In this document: one piece after another, positions 14,047 to 22,584 of the stretch | Layout: each line of letters begins with the position of its first letter | Position numbering within the stretch: the stretch's first letter is position 1 | Origin: an uncultured Chloroflexia bacterium | GTDB taxonomy: Bacteria > Chloroflexota > Anaerolineae > Anaerolineales > Anaerolineaceae | Direction: 5' to 3' | Length of the DNA stretch: 32,000 nucleotides | NCBI GenBank assembly: GCA_963704755.1 | Contig: OY969938.1 | Span: forward strand, 3,540,001-3,572,000 | Program-made: the position numbers and the translations under genes | Notes under the pieces: generated by a model | Seen by the model: the letters and a program-made list of their open reading frames with translations, nothing else | The model's database searches: none | Told to the model about the DNA's origin: nothing

Positions 14047-16704
14047 TTAGAATGTGGCGTTACGGGCCAGCAGGATATTCTTGATGGCTTCTTTTCTAAC
14101 CGCCGGATCATCCGTGGTGAAGACCGTGTTCAGATCCTGGAATTCAGCCGTGGCGTGCAGCAAGCGGCTGATGGATAGCTCGGGCATCAGGTCGTGCCGG
14201 ACGGATTTGGGCGCATTACCGGAGGTCAACAAGTCGTTGTACACATCGTTGGACTCTTTGGCTACATCACTGACGCGGACGTTCAGAGTGGTTTTCTTGC
14301 CGGTCTCGTCCGTGGAATCCAGGCTCCTCATCCGGTCCTGACGGTATTCCTTGATGTTTCGGTAACCGGATTGGTCGAATTTGCGGCCGACGGTGAAATA
14401 ATTCTTGATCTTGTTGACAATCGGCTTGGCGATGCTGGCGCCCAGGTTGGTGAGCATACCGGCCAGCTTGAGTTTCGAGCCAATATCGCCGCCGATGCCA
14501 TAGCCTACCGATTGGGTCACATTCCCCAGGGTTTGAATGGAATCGTTGGTAATATCCAGCGCCTGGCCGGAAGCTTTTTTGCCCTGGGCGTCTGCCAGGG
14601 CGGCTTTGAGCCGGGGGAACACACTTTGCTCTTTGCGCCGGCCGAAATCGGTCAGGTGCCGGCTGGGGACATACTTGATATCCAGGATCTTTTTCTTGCG
14701 GCTGTTCGCCAGGCCGGCTTTGGTGCTGCGAGCTGCCAGGCTTAACCCGCTGGCCCCGGCGGCTACGGCATATTTGGCGGTACCCAGGCCGTTCCCGGCC
14801 GTGCTTTGCCCGATGCTCAACGAAGGATTATCCAGCCTGTCCTTAAAGGTGACGCCAGCCTGCCCAAAACCCAGGCCGGCGTTGGTCAGGCCTAGCAACC
14901 CGTTCAACATGTGGTAAGAGGCTTCTGTTCCCGATTGCCACATGGCGCTGCCGCTGATGCTATCGTGGAAACTGCGGGCCTGGTGCAGCCTGGCCCAGTT
15001 TGCGCCGGATTGGGTCAGCGCACCGACGCCCTGGATGGCGGTGACCGAGTTGGACATGATTCCACCGGCCAGTTCGGTGCCCATCCCGGCCCCGTTGCCG
15101 ATGTGCAGGTGGTCGGAGCCGAGCATGTTGAGATATTCCAGGCTCTTGACACCGGCACCTGCGCCGCTGATGAGCGGCAGCAGCCAGGAGTTTTGCATCA
15201 TATCGGCCGCGCCGAAGGCCCGGTCGGTGTGCGAATTGCGACCGCGGCCTTCGCCCCAGGTTGAGCCGATGAAACCGCTTTTGAGCGTGCCCTTGATGCC
15301 GGGATCCTCATAGCGAGTGGAGCCGACACCCTGGCGCTCGTACCCGCCGGTCAGGGTGACGATGTGATTAATCGATACCCCTTTGGCCGCCAGCGCATCG
15401 AAGTCACGGGCCTTGATGAGCGTAATGACCTCGTCGACGTCCTCAGGACCTAATTTTCCCAGGTTCCCGCGCCCAACATCTCGCATGACTTTCAATAAAG
15501 ATCCGGAGGGTATTTGAGCTAACGCAGCTTGTTCGGAAACGTAGGTTTTAATGCCTTCTTCGAGTTCGGGATCGGGGGCTGGAGGTCTGGTCTGGCTTGA
15601 GCCCGATTCGTTTGGGGCAGTGCGCGGTTTGAACCGTTTGGTCAGTACTGCTTGCGGGTCAAAGGCAGTATCCTTCTTGGCCCGCATGGGTGGTTCAGGC
15701 GGTTTGCGTCTGGGCGGTTGGGAAAAATCTATGGCAGGTTGGCGATGATGATGGCGCCGGGGTGGAGGCGGAGGCCGCCGTTTCGGCATGGGGATGGTGG
15801 GGTCAAAACCTTGCTCTGATTGTTGCTCTTCTGGCGGTTTACTCAAATTCAGGTCAGCCTGAATTTGAGCGACATCGACCAGGTAGAGCTTGAGCGTAGT
15901 CATGTCAAACTCGTCGATATTGCGACCTTCCATTAATATCGCTGAAATGACGGGATCTTTTTGAGCATTGCGCTTGGCCGTCCAGCGTTTGACCATTTCT
16001 TCGGTCACGCTGCCCCCAAAGGCAGCGGCAATGGCGCCGAAGTCCAGTTCGCGCTGGATGGCGCTGCCCACGGCGGAAGAGCCGGCGCTAGAAAGGCCGC
16101 CCCCACTTTGGGCGTTGCGGGCAGCCTGCTGTTCTTCGGCCGTATCCGGGTCGCCTAACTTTAGCCTGCCGGAGGGGGCTCGGCCGCCTTGTTGCACCAC
16201 GTGGGTCAATTCGTGTTTAAGGGTCTGTTGGCCGCGCTGGGATTCGGGCGCGAAGGCGCCCTGGCGGAAAAAGATGTCCGGGCCGGTGGTGAAGGCCCGC
16301 GCGCTGATCTGGCGGCTGAGGGCATCGGCGTTCTGGTCGTGGTGCAGCCGGACGCCGCTGAAATCGGTGTTGAAGCTGTGCTCCAGGTCCTCGCGTAAGG
16401 CCGGGGGCAGCGGCTGCCCCGATCCGCGTGCATTCTGGATCGCGGTAGAAATGCGATTGTTCAGGATGCCCTGTCGATCGGTAACCGGCTCACGCTGGAC
16501 GGTGTTGGAGGCCAGCCAACCATTAACGGCAATATTCCCCGCCTTCTCTTGCAGGCGGAGGATATCTGCGGGTGTGGCCGATTGGGGATCGCTAAGCGCG
16601 TTTTGTAATTCGGATTGGTTCTCTTGCGACGCGTTCTCCCCGGCTCTCTGGGGCTTTTGTTTGGTTTGGGAAACTTCTTTGGTTTTTAATTGTCCATATT
16701 TCAT
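14047..16704 (-). CDS. DUF4157 (HExxH) domain protein with Pro-rich linker and Gly-rich C-terminal region; candidate CIS effector
   Basis: 885 aa. The DUF4157 core is GQPLPPALREDLEHSFNTDFSGVRLHHDQNADALSRQISARAFTTGPDIFFRQGAF...TLKHELTHVVQQGG, with HELTH encoded at 16215-16201. The linker is PKRRPPPPPRRHHHRQPAIDFSQPPRRKPPEPP. The C-terminal ~500 aa has glycine-zipper-like stretches and no domain I recognise. It is the first gene of the operon. Confidence 0.9.
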   Translation of the reverse strand: MKYGQLKTKEVSQTKQKPQRAGENASQENQSELQNALSDPQSATPADILRLQEKAGNIAVNGWLASNTVQREPVTDRQGILNNRISTAIQNARGSGQPLPPALREDLEHSFNTDFSGVRLHHDQNADALSRQISARAFTTGPDIFFRQGAFAPESQRGQQTLKHELTHVVQQGGRAPSGRLKLGDPDTAEEQQAARNAQSGGGLSSAGSSAVGSAIQRELDFGAIAAAFGGSVTEEMVKRWTAKRNAQKDPVISAILMEGRNIDEFDMTTLKLYLVDVAQIQADLNLSKPPEEQQSEQGFDPTIPMPKRRPPPPPRRHHHRQPAIDFSQPPRRKPPEPPMRAKKDTAFDPQAVLTKRFKPRTAPNESGSSQTRPPAPDPELEEGIKTYVSEQAALAQIPSGSLLKVMRDVGRGNLGKLGPEDVDEVITLIKARDFDALAAKGVSINHIVTLTGGYERQGVGSTRYEDPGIKGTLKSGFIGSTWGEGRGRNSHTDRAFGAADMMQNSWLLPLISGAGAGVKSLEYLNMLGSDHLHIGNGAGMGTELAGGIMSNSVTAIQGVGALTQSGANWARLHQARSFHDSISGSAMWQSGTEASYHMLNGLLGLTNAGLGFGQAGVTFKDRLDNPSLSIGQSTAGNGLGTAKYAVAAGASGLSLAARSTKAGLANSRKKKILDIKYVPSRHLTDFGRRKEQSVFPRLKAALADAQGKKASGQALDITNDSIQTLGNVTQSVGYGIGGDIGSKLKLAGMLTNLGASIAKPIVNKIKNYFTVGRKFDQSGYRNIKEYRQDRMRSLDSTDETGKKTTLNVRVSDVAKESNDVYNDLLTSGNAPKSVRHDLMPELSISRLLHATAEFQDLNTVFTTDDPAVRKEAIKNILLARNATF

Positions 16705-16787
16705 AGTTTCACTTCATAAGAAGGAGCATTGGGACAGTTTCTCTTTCATTATCCGCCTATCCGCAGGGCACCGTATTGAAAAATGCG

Positions 16788-16806
16788 TTAATTTCAGTTT
16801 AATTTC
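16788..16806 (-). promoter_or_regulatory. Exact 8-mer direct repeat at 11-bp periodicity (candidate SARP operator of the CIS operon promoter)
   Basis: The plus strand has TTAATTTC at 16788-16795 and again at 16799-16806. Read on the minus strand, this gives GAAATTA-AACT-GAAATTA-ACGCATTT-TTCAAT: heptamer, 4 nt, heptamer, 8 nt, then a -10-like hexamer at 16780-16775 pointing toward ATG 16704. Confidence 0.4.
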
Positions 16807-16818
16807 CTGTAAAGTTTT

Positions 16819-16847
16819 TTAGCGGTCCTATGAATACGCCGTATAAT
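16819..16847 (+). promoter_or_regulatory. Candidate sigma70-type promoter for the SARP regulator gene
   Basis: A perfect TATAAT lies at 16842-16847, with a weak -35 ttagcg at 16819-16824 and a 17-nt spacer. It is 78 nt upstream of ATG 16925 and 115 nt upstream of GTG 16962. Confidence 0.3.
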
Positions 16848-16961
16848 ATCTTATGTTAAGCCACAGGCGTGCCTAAAGCGTTACGAATGCGTGTCCACCT
16901 AATCTCTGGCCAGCGAAATCACGCATGAATCTCCTTGACATAAATTTATTTCGCCAATTTA

Positions 16962-19900
16962 GTGTTAAAATATGGGGGATCTGCCGTTACCGGTTTCAAG
17001 TCCAACAAGGCCAGGGCGCTATTGGCTTACCTGGTGCTGGAACCCCAATTTGCCCATTCACGCAATTCCCTGGCCGGCCTGCTTTGGCCGGACCTGCCCA
17101 ACGAAGCGGCCAGCGCCAATTTACGCTCGGTACTGGCCAATTTACACAGGGTATTCGCAAATTACCTTGGCCCGGATATTTCGGTGCTCCGGGTGGATTA
17201 CAACGAGGTCCAGATCAACCGCGAAGAAATCCATTGCGACGTGATCGATTTCGAGGAGCGGGTCGAGCAAAACGATTTCAAGGCCGCGGCCGACCTGTAC
17301 CAGGGCCGCCTGTTGGACGGTTTCGCTTCTGGCAGTACGCCATTCGACGACTGGGTGCAGATCAAGACCGAGATTTTCCATCAAAAGGGCCTGTATGTGC
17401 TGCAAACTCTGTCCGATGAACTGCTGGACCAGGGCGACCTGGCCAACAGTATGGCCTACGCCAGGCGCGTGCTGGAATTAGAGCCCGGCCTGGAAGAGGC
17501 TCACCAGCAGATGATTTACCTGTTCGCGCTCAACGGCCAACGCAGCGCCGCCCTCTTGCAATTCGAACAGTGCAAACGCCTGCTGACCAAAGAACTTTCG
17601 GTAGCGCCGAGTGCCGAGACCCTGAAGCTGGTGGACAAAATTCGTACGGGCAGTATTTCTCAGCAAGGCGGCGTACGGGGCAAGCTCGAAGAAACGGACC
17701 GGGCAGCCCCGGAGCAGGCCAATAACGGGATCGTGGCCCGCGAGGTTGAACTGGCCTGGCTGGAAAACCGGCTCGAATCCGCGATCCAGGGGCAGGGCAA
17801 GGTGCTGTTTATCACCGGCGATTCGGGCAGCGGCAAAACCACCCTGGCAAAGGCTTTCGTTGCGCGGGCATTTACCCTCTCCGACAATATCATCGCCCTG
17901 AAAGGTACCTGTTCCATCCCCGGCGGGGTGGGCTCGCCCTACCAGCCTTTCCGCGAGATTTTGCTCAACCTGACCCGCCTGGAAGAACGTTTCTGGAACC
18001 TGGACGAATATCCCCAACAATTTGCCGGCCAGCTGATGGAAGCCCGCCGGATCGTTTTACGGTTTCTGGAACAGCAGTACCCGGATTTCAACGCGATGCT
18101 GCTTTCGCCCCCGGTGCCGCTGCCCAGCGGCACGGCGGATGGGCCGGATCCGTTTGCGGTTGCCCTCCAGACCGGCCGGCTGTTCGACCAATTTGTCCAG
18201 TTGTTTTCCAGGCTTTCTGACCATTACCCCTTGCTGTTCGTTCTGGATGATTTGCAGTGGGCCGATGAAGAATCGCTGCAACTGCTCTCTTATTTGGGCC
18301 GGCAATTGAACGGGCTGGCGGTGCTGCTGGTCGGGATTTACCGCACCGAGGAGGTCTCCGCCGGGCGGATGAACCGGCGCCATCCGATCGAGACGGTGGT
18401 GAATGAGCTCAAGCGCAATTACGGTGAGATCTGCCTGGACTTGAACAACACCGATGGCCGCAGTTTTGTCGGCGCCTACCTGAACAATTTCCCCAACCAG
18501 TTGGGGCAAAATTTTAGCGAGACGCTCTACCAGCATACCGGTGGGCACGCGCTGTTCACGGTTGAATTGATCGAGCAGCTCAAGCATTCCGGCGGCTTGG
18601 TCAAGAACGAGCGCGGATTGTGGATCGAAGGCGAAGACCTGGATTGGGACAAGCTGCCGGACCGGGTCGAATCGGTCGCAGCGGAGCGGGTCAATCGCCT
18701 GCCGCCGTTCTGGCAGACGGTGCTGAAAACGGCCAGCGTGGCGGGTGACCGCTTCATCGCCGAAGTGCTGGCGGATGTACTCAAAAAAGACGAGCGCATC
18801 ATCGTCCAGGGGTTGAGCCAGGTGGCTGCCCGGCAGCATGGCCTGGTGGTATCTTCGAGCACGCGGGTAGCCGGGGACCGGCGGTTGACCCTGTACCGCT
18901 TCCGCTACCATATATTTCAGCAATATTTATACAAAAGCCTGGACGCTGCCGAACTGGCTTTGCTGCACGGGCTGGTCGGCGATTTACTCGAGGCGCTCAC
19001 GGCCGACGGCGGCAGCGAGCCCGTCTCGCTGGCAGCCAACCTGGCCTGGCATTACGAAGAGGCCGGCAATTACAAGAAGGCTATTCATTACAACATCATG
19101 GCCGGCCGCGAAGCCAACCGCCTGGGGGCCATGAACAAGGCCGCCGGCCATTTCAATCACAGCCTGGACCTGCTCGAGAAGATCCCGGCGGATGGCGAGC
19201 ACATCAACCAGAAGCTGAGCGTGTTGAGCGAACTGGACCTGACCTACCTGGCCCTGTACGGTTGGGGCAGCCAGGAGCGCGGCGAGATCTTCGAGCGGGC
19301 CTACCGGCTATATGGCCAGCAGGGCGATATTTCGAAGCAGTTGCGCTGCCTGGGCGAGATAGCCAACAATGGCCTGGGCCGGCGGGACTACGAGAAGACC
19401 ATCGAGCGCTGCCAGAGTCTGCTGCAGCAGTCGCTGAAATTGGGCAACCCCAGCTTCACCATGCTGGCCAAGAAAATCATGGGGGAATGTTACAGCTTCA
19501 GCGGCAAATTGACCTTGGGGCGGCGCTATCTTAAGGAAATTTTGCCTTATCTGATTGAATGCCCGCAGGACCCGGCTTTTCAGTATCAGGGCGGCGATGA
19601 TCGCACATCCCGGATTTACCTGTGCTACAACCTGCTGATCTCCGGGTATCCCGACCAGTCCAGGCGCTGTTTGCAGGAGAACCTGGCCCTGCTGGAAAAG
19701 GTGCCCCAGCCTTTCGTGCGGGGTTTTTGCCTGACCCTCAATGGCATCGACCAGAGCATCATCCTGCACGATGAAGAGGCGGTCTCGAACTACGCCGGGC
19801 AGTTATATGAACTGACCCAACAGGGCGAATATACCGTTTTTCAACCTTGGGTCAGGTTTGCCGAGGTGTGGAAACACGCCAGCGCCAGTTTGGACCGGGA

Positions 19901-20387
19901 TCACCTGGATGCGTTGTGGGCCTGGGTGAACACCTACCTGCCGCACGCCAGCACGACCGGATTCCTCTTCTCGTTTTGTGCGCTGGCCGGCCTGCTAATC
20001 GACGCCGGCAATGTCGCTGAAAGCCAAAAGATCATCGACCTGATTTTGAAAAGCGTCGAGGGCCTCTCGACGAGCTCGCTCTGGCCGCTCGTTCTACGCC
20101 TGAAAGGCGAACACTGCCAGTTGAGCGGGAAACTTGATGAAGCCGAAAAGTGCTTCTTGCAATCGATCCAGGTTGCCCAGGAGCAGGAGGCCAAATTGTG
20201 GGAGTTGACCGCGGTGACCAACCTGTACAAGCTGAAACAGCAGCAAGGCAAAGAGGCGGTGGTACTGCCGATGCTTTCCCGTGTTTATGCCTGGTTTAGT
20301 GAGGGCCTGGACACGGCCCCGCTCAAGACTGCCCGGGATTTGCTGGAAGAATACGAGGCTATTCCTGGCCCTGGCGTTGCCCGTTAG
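16962..20387 (+). CDS. SARP-family (winged-helix + BTAD) / P-loop NTPase / TPR large transcriptional regulator
   Basis: 1141 aa from GTG 16962. The winged-helix and BTAD region reads TGFKSNKARALLAYLVLEP...LAGLLWPD...ANLRSVLANLHRV....DVIDFEE......AAADLYQGRLLDGF....FDDWV...LELEPGLEEAHQQMIYLFALNGQRSAALLQFEQCKRLLTKELSVAPSAET. Walker A is ITGDSGSGKTTLA and Walker B is LLFVLDDLQWADEESL. The C-terminal third is TPR-like. The first ~15 codons of the domain appear to sit in another frame (see findings). Confidence 0.9.
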   Translation: MLKYGGSAVTGFKSNKARALLAYLVLEPQFAHSRNSLAGLLWPDLPNEAASANLRSVLANLHRVFANYLGPDISVLRVDYNEVQINREEIHCDVIDFEERVEQNDFKAAADLYQGRLLDGFASGSTPFDDWVQIKTEIFHQKGLYVLQTLSDELLDQGDLANSMAYARRVLELEPGLEEAHQQMIYLFALNGQRSAALLQFEQCKRLLTKELSVAPSAETLKLVDKIRTGSISQQGGVRGKLEETDRAAPEQANNGIVAREVELAWLENRLESAIQGQGKVLFITGDSGSGKTTLAKAFVARAFTLSDNIIALKGTCSIPGGVGSPYQPFREILLNLTRLEERFWNLDEYPQQFAGQLMEARRIVLRFLEQQYPDFNAMLLSPPVPLPSGTADGPDPFAVALQTGRLFDQFVQLFSRLSDHYPLLFVLDDLQWADEESLQLLSYLGRQLNGLAVLLVGIYRTEEVSAGRMNRRHPIETVVNELKRNYGEICLDLNNTDGRSFVGAYLNNFPNQLGQNFSETLYQHTGGHALFTVELIEQLKHSGGLVKNERGLWIEGEDLDWDKLPDRVESVAAERVNRLPPFWQTVLKTASVAGDRFIAEVLADVLKKDERIIVQGLSQVAARQHGLVVSSSTRVAGDRRLTLYRFRYHIFQQYLYKSLDAAELALLHGLVGDLLEALTADGGSEPVSLAANLAWHYEEAGNYKKAIHYNIMAGREANRLGAMNKAAGHFNHSLDLLEKIPADGEHINQKLSVLSELDLTYLALYGWGSQERGEIFERAYRLYGQQGDISKQLRCLGEIANNGLGRRDYEKTIERCQSLLQQSLKLGNPSFTMLAKKIMGECYSFSGKLTLGRRYLKEILPYLIECPQDPAFQYQGGDDRTSRIYLCYNLLISGYPDQSRRCLQENLALLEKVPQPFVRGFCLTLNGIDQSIILHDEEAVSNYAGQLYELTQQGEYTVFQPWVRFAEVWKHASASLDRDHLDALWAWVNTYLPHASTTGFLFSFCALAGLLIDAGNVAESQKIIDLILKSVEGLSTSSLWPLVLRLKGEHCQLSGKLDEAEKCFLQSIQVAQEQEAKLWELTAVTNLYKLKQQQGKEAVVLPMLSRVYAWFSEGLDTAPLKTARDLLEEYEAIPGPGVAR

Positions 20388-22509
20388 GGTAAAGGTAGTC
20401 CTCTTCTTTAATAAAGCGGCCCATCTTGAGCATTTCCTGGCGGCAGGCTCGCAGCAAATGGTCCATACCCATCACGCCGCCGGATTGGGCTGCCAGAAAC
20501 GCGGCCGAGACGAGGATATTGCGGATGTTACCGCCGGCGAGGGTGTATTTGCGGGCCAGGAATTCCCAATCGATATCCGCGGCGACCGGCAGGCTTTCCG
20601 GTAGGAGCACATTCCAGATTTTGGCCCGCTGGGTTTCGTCGGGCAGGGGAAAATTGACGATGAAGTTGATCCGGCGGGTGAAGGCCTCGTCCATGTTGGC
20701 GCGCAGGTTGGTGGCCAGGATGGTCACACCCCCGTAGGTTTCCATGCGCTGCAGCAGGTAGCCAACCTCGATGTTAGCGTAACGGTCGTGGGCATCTTTC
20801 ACTTCGGAGCGCTTGCCGAAAATCGCGTCGGCCTCGTCGAAGAACAGCACGGCGTTGCTGTTCTGGGCTTCCTCGAAGATTTTCTCCAGGTTCTTTTCGG
20901 TCTCGCCGATGTATTTACTGACCACGTTGGAGAGGTTGATGCGGTACAGGTCGAGCTGGAGCTCGTTGGCGATGATCTGGGCCGCCAGGGTCTTGCCTGT
21001 GCCCGGGTCGCCGGAAAACAGGGCCGAGATGCCCGCGCTGGAAGTGAGCTTTTTCCCCAGCCCCCACTGCTCGAGCACCAGCGCGCGGTAACGCATCATC
21101 GAGATGATGTCGCTGAGGGTGTGCAGTTCTTCGTCCGGCAGGATGATGTCGTCCCAGGTGTAGCGCGGCTCGATCTTTTGGGCCAGCTCGTTGAGGTGAT
21201 GGGCGGACTGCTGGCGGGCGGCGAAAAAGAGGTCCTCGCGTGAGAAGGGCTCGCCGCTCTGGAAGGCGGCGTTTTGGACGGTAAAAACGGCGTTTTCGAT
21301 CTGGCCGCTGGTGAGCACGAACTGCCCGGCGATATCACGCAGGGTTTCGGCGGGGATCGACTGGCCGGCCAGGGCCTGTTCCCACAACCGGGCCCGTTCC
21401 AGGCTGGAGGGCAGTTCGAACTGGACTCGATAGACCAGCCGGCTGCCCTTGCGCGAGATGCGCCAGGGTGTAGGCGTACCCAGGATAAATATGCCGGCGA
21501 ACACGGCCATTTCCTCGAGGATCTCGTCCGGAATGAAGCCGTCCGCATCCAGCACCCTGTCCCAGCCGCGGATGTACAGGATCGCGTCCAACAGGCAGGC
21601 GTCGCGGATGAGCAGGCGCAAGGTCGCCAGGGTAAAGGGACTTTCGGCGCAGACCTCGTTGAGATCCACCTGCAGCAGGGGCATATTGAAGCGCTGAGCT
21701 ACCTTTTTGGCGGCCAGGAGCTGGCGGTCCAGGTCTGGCCCGACGAAGGACAGGAAAGGTCGTTTTTCGAAAATACGCTGCCAGTCCAGGGAAAAATCCT
21801 GGGCGTATGGGCTGGCGGAAATGGCCCGGTCTAACTGGTCCCATAATTCCAGGTGCAGCCAGTTTTTTTCTGGAAAATATTGGCCCACCAGCCAGGAGAT
21901 CAGGGCGGGCGAGACTTCGAAGAGCTGGCTCAGGCGCGGCTCCTGCCAGTCGGTGCCGGGATTGACCGGACGCAGCAGGTGATACTTGACCAGGGTGCCC
22001 CTGGCGCTGAATACACCCAGCCAGGTCAGGCGGTTGAACTCGGGCCGGTCCTCGACCAGCAGATCGAGGATCAGGTTGACGCCGGCCTGCTTTTTGGTGA
22101 CGTCGTTTTGCAGGTAACCGAAAATGCGTTCGTAGCGCAGGTCCAGGGTGGGCAGCAGGCAGATCAGGAAAGCGTGGTATTCGAAATCCGACAGGCCGAA
22201 GTATTCCCGCAGCAGGGGCAGGCGCAGTTTAACATTCCTGGACTGGGCCTGCACTTCGATCTGGCGGCAGGCGGCCTGGGCATTCTCGATGAAGGCCGCC
22301 GCGGACGAATTGTCGAGCCCTTTGGCGACCACCGGTGCCTGGCTTAATGCCTGCGCCTCTTGCGGAGAAATGTACAGGCCGCGGAAGCGGTCGTTGGCTT
22401 CCTGGCCGGTTTGCAAAGCCGCATCCAGGGCGCGTTTGACCAGCAGGTCAATTTGCGAGATCTCAATGGAGAGATAACGCAGGTTCAGGTCTTCGGGTAT
22501 AGTATCCAT
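20359..22509 (-). CDS. AAA+ ATPase, Afp15/Cis15-type CIS assembly ATPase
   Basis: 716 aa, with a long N-terminal domain and a single C-terminal AAA+ module. Walker A is FSGDPGTGKTLAA and Walker B is VLFFDEADAIFGKR. The second region of homology is VTILATNLRANMDEAFTRRINF. Its 3' end overlaps the convergent SARP gene by 29 nt. Confidence 0.92.
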   Translation of the reverse strand: MDTIPEDLNLRYLSIEISQIDLLVKRALDAALQTGQEANDRFRGLYISPQEAQALSQAPVVAKGLDNSSAAAFIENAQAACRQIEVQAQSRNVKLRLPLLREYFGLSDFEYHAFLICLLPTLDLRYERIFGYLQNDVTKKQAGVNLILDLLVEDRPEFNRLTWLGVFSARGTLVKYHLLRPVNPGTDWQEPRLSQLFEVSPALISWLVGQYFPEKNWLHLELWDQLDRAISASPYAQDFSLDWQRIFEKRPFLSFVGPDLDRQLLAAKKVAQRFNMPLLQVDLNEVCAESPFTLATLRLLIRDACLLDAILYIRGWDRVLDADGFIPDEILEEMAVFAGIFILGTPTPWRISRKGSRLVYRVQFELPSSLERARLWEQALAGQSIPAETLRDIAGQFVLTSGQIENAVFTVQNAAFQSGEPFSREDLFFAARQQSAHHLNELAQKIEPRYTWDDIILPDEELHTLSDIISMMRYRALVLEQWGLGKKLTSSAGISALFSGDPGTGKTLAAQIIANELQLDLYRINLSNVVSKYIGETEKNLEKIFEEAQNSNAVLFFDEADAIFGKRSEVKDAHDRYANIEVGYLLQRMETYGGVTILATNLRANMDEAFTRRINFIVNFPLPDETQRAKIWNVLLPESLPVAADIDWEFLARKYTLAGGNIRNILVSAAFLAAQSGGVMGMDHLLRACRQEMLKMGRFIKEEDYLYPNGQRQGQE

Positions 22510-22584
22510 AAGGCAGCGGCAATGCGGTAAAGAAGGCCCTGACGGGGTTTCTCTACCGGTGAGGTGAATACGGCTTTCGGGTCA

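Noticed and set aside
1-16704. Interpreting the tail-gene cluster as a prophage or an R-type tailocin
   Set aside because: The window has no capsid, portal, terminase, lysis, integrase or repressor genes. The presence of a DUF4255 cap, an Afp15-type ATPase and DUF4157 points to an eCIS/CIS. This cannot be fully excluded without the flanking sequence.
15968-16822. 284-aa plus-strand ORF antisense to the 5' part of the DUF4157 gene
   Set aside because: The minus-strand frame encodes the intact DUF4157 HExxH core. The plus-strand product is Ser/Arg/Cys/Trp-rich nonsense.
16925-17419. 164-aa plus-strand ORF starting at ATG 16925
   Set aside because: Only its first ~15 codons look meaningful, as the missing SARP N-terminus. 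The rest is an out-of-frame read of the regulator gene (G/R/P/Q-rich).
18057-18923. 288-aa minus-strand ORF inside the SARP regulator gene
   Set aside because: It lies opposite the Walker A/B NTPase region of the regulator, has R/Q/P-rich composition, and has no family features.
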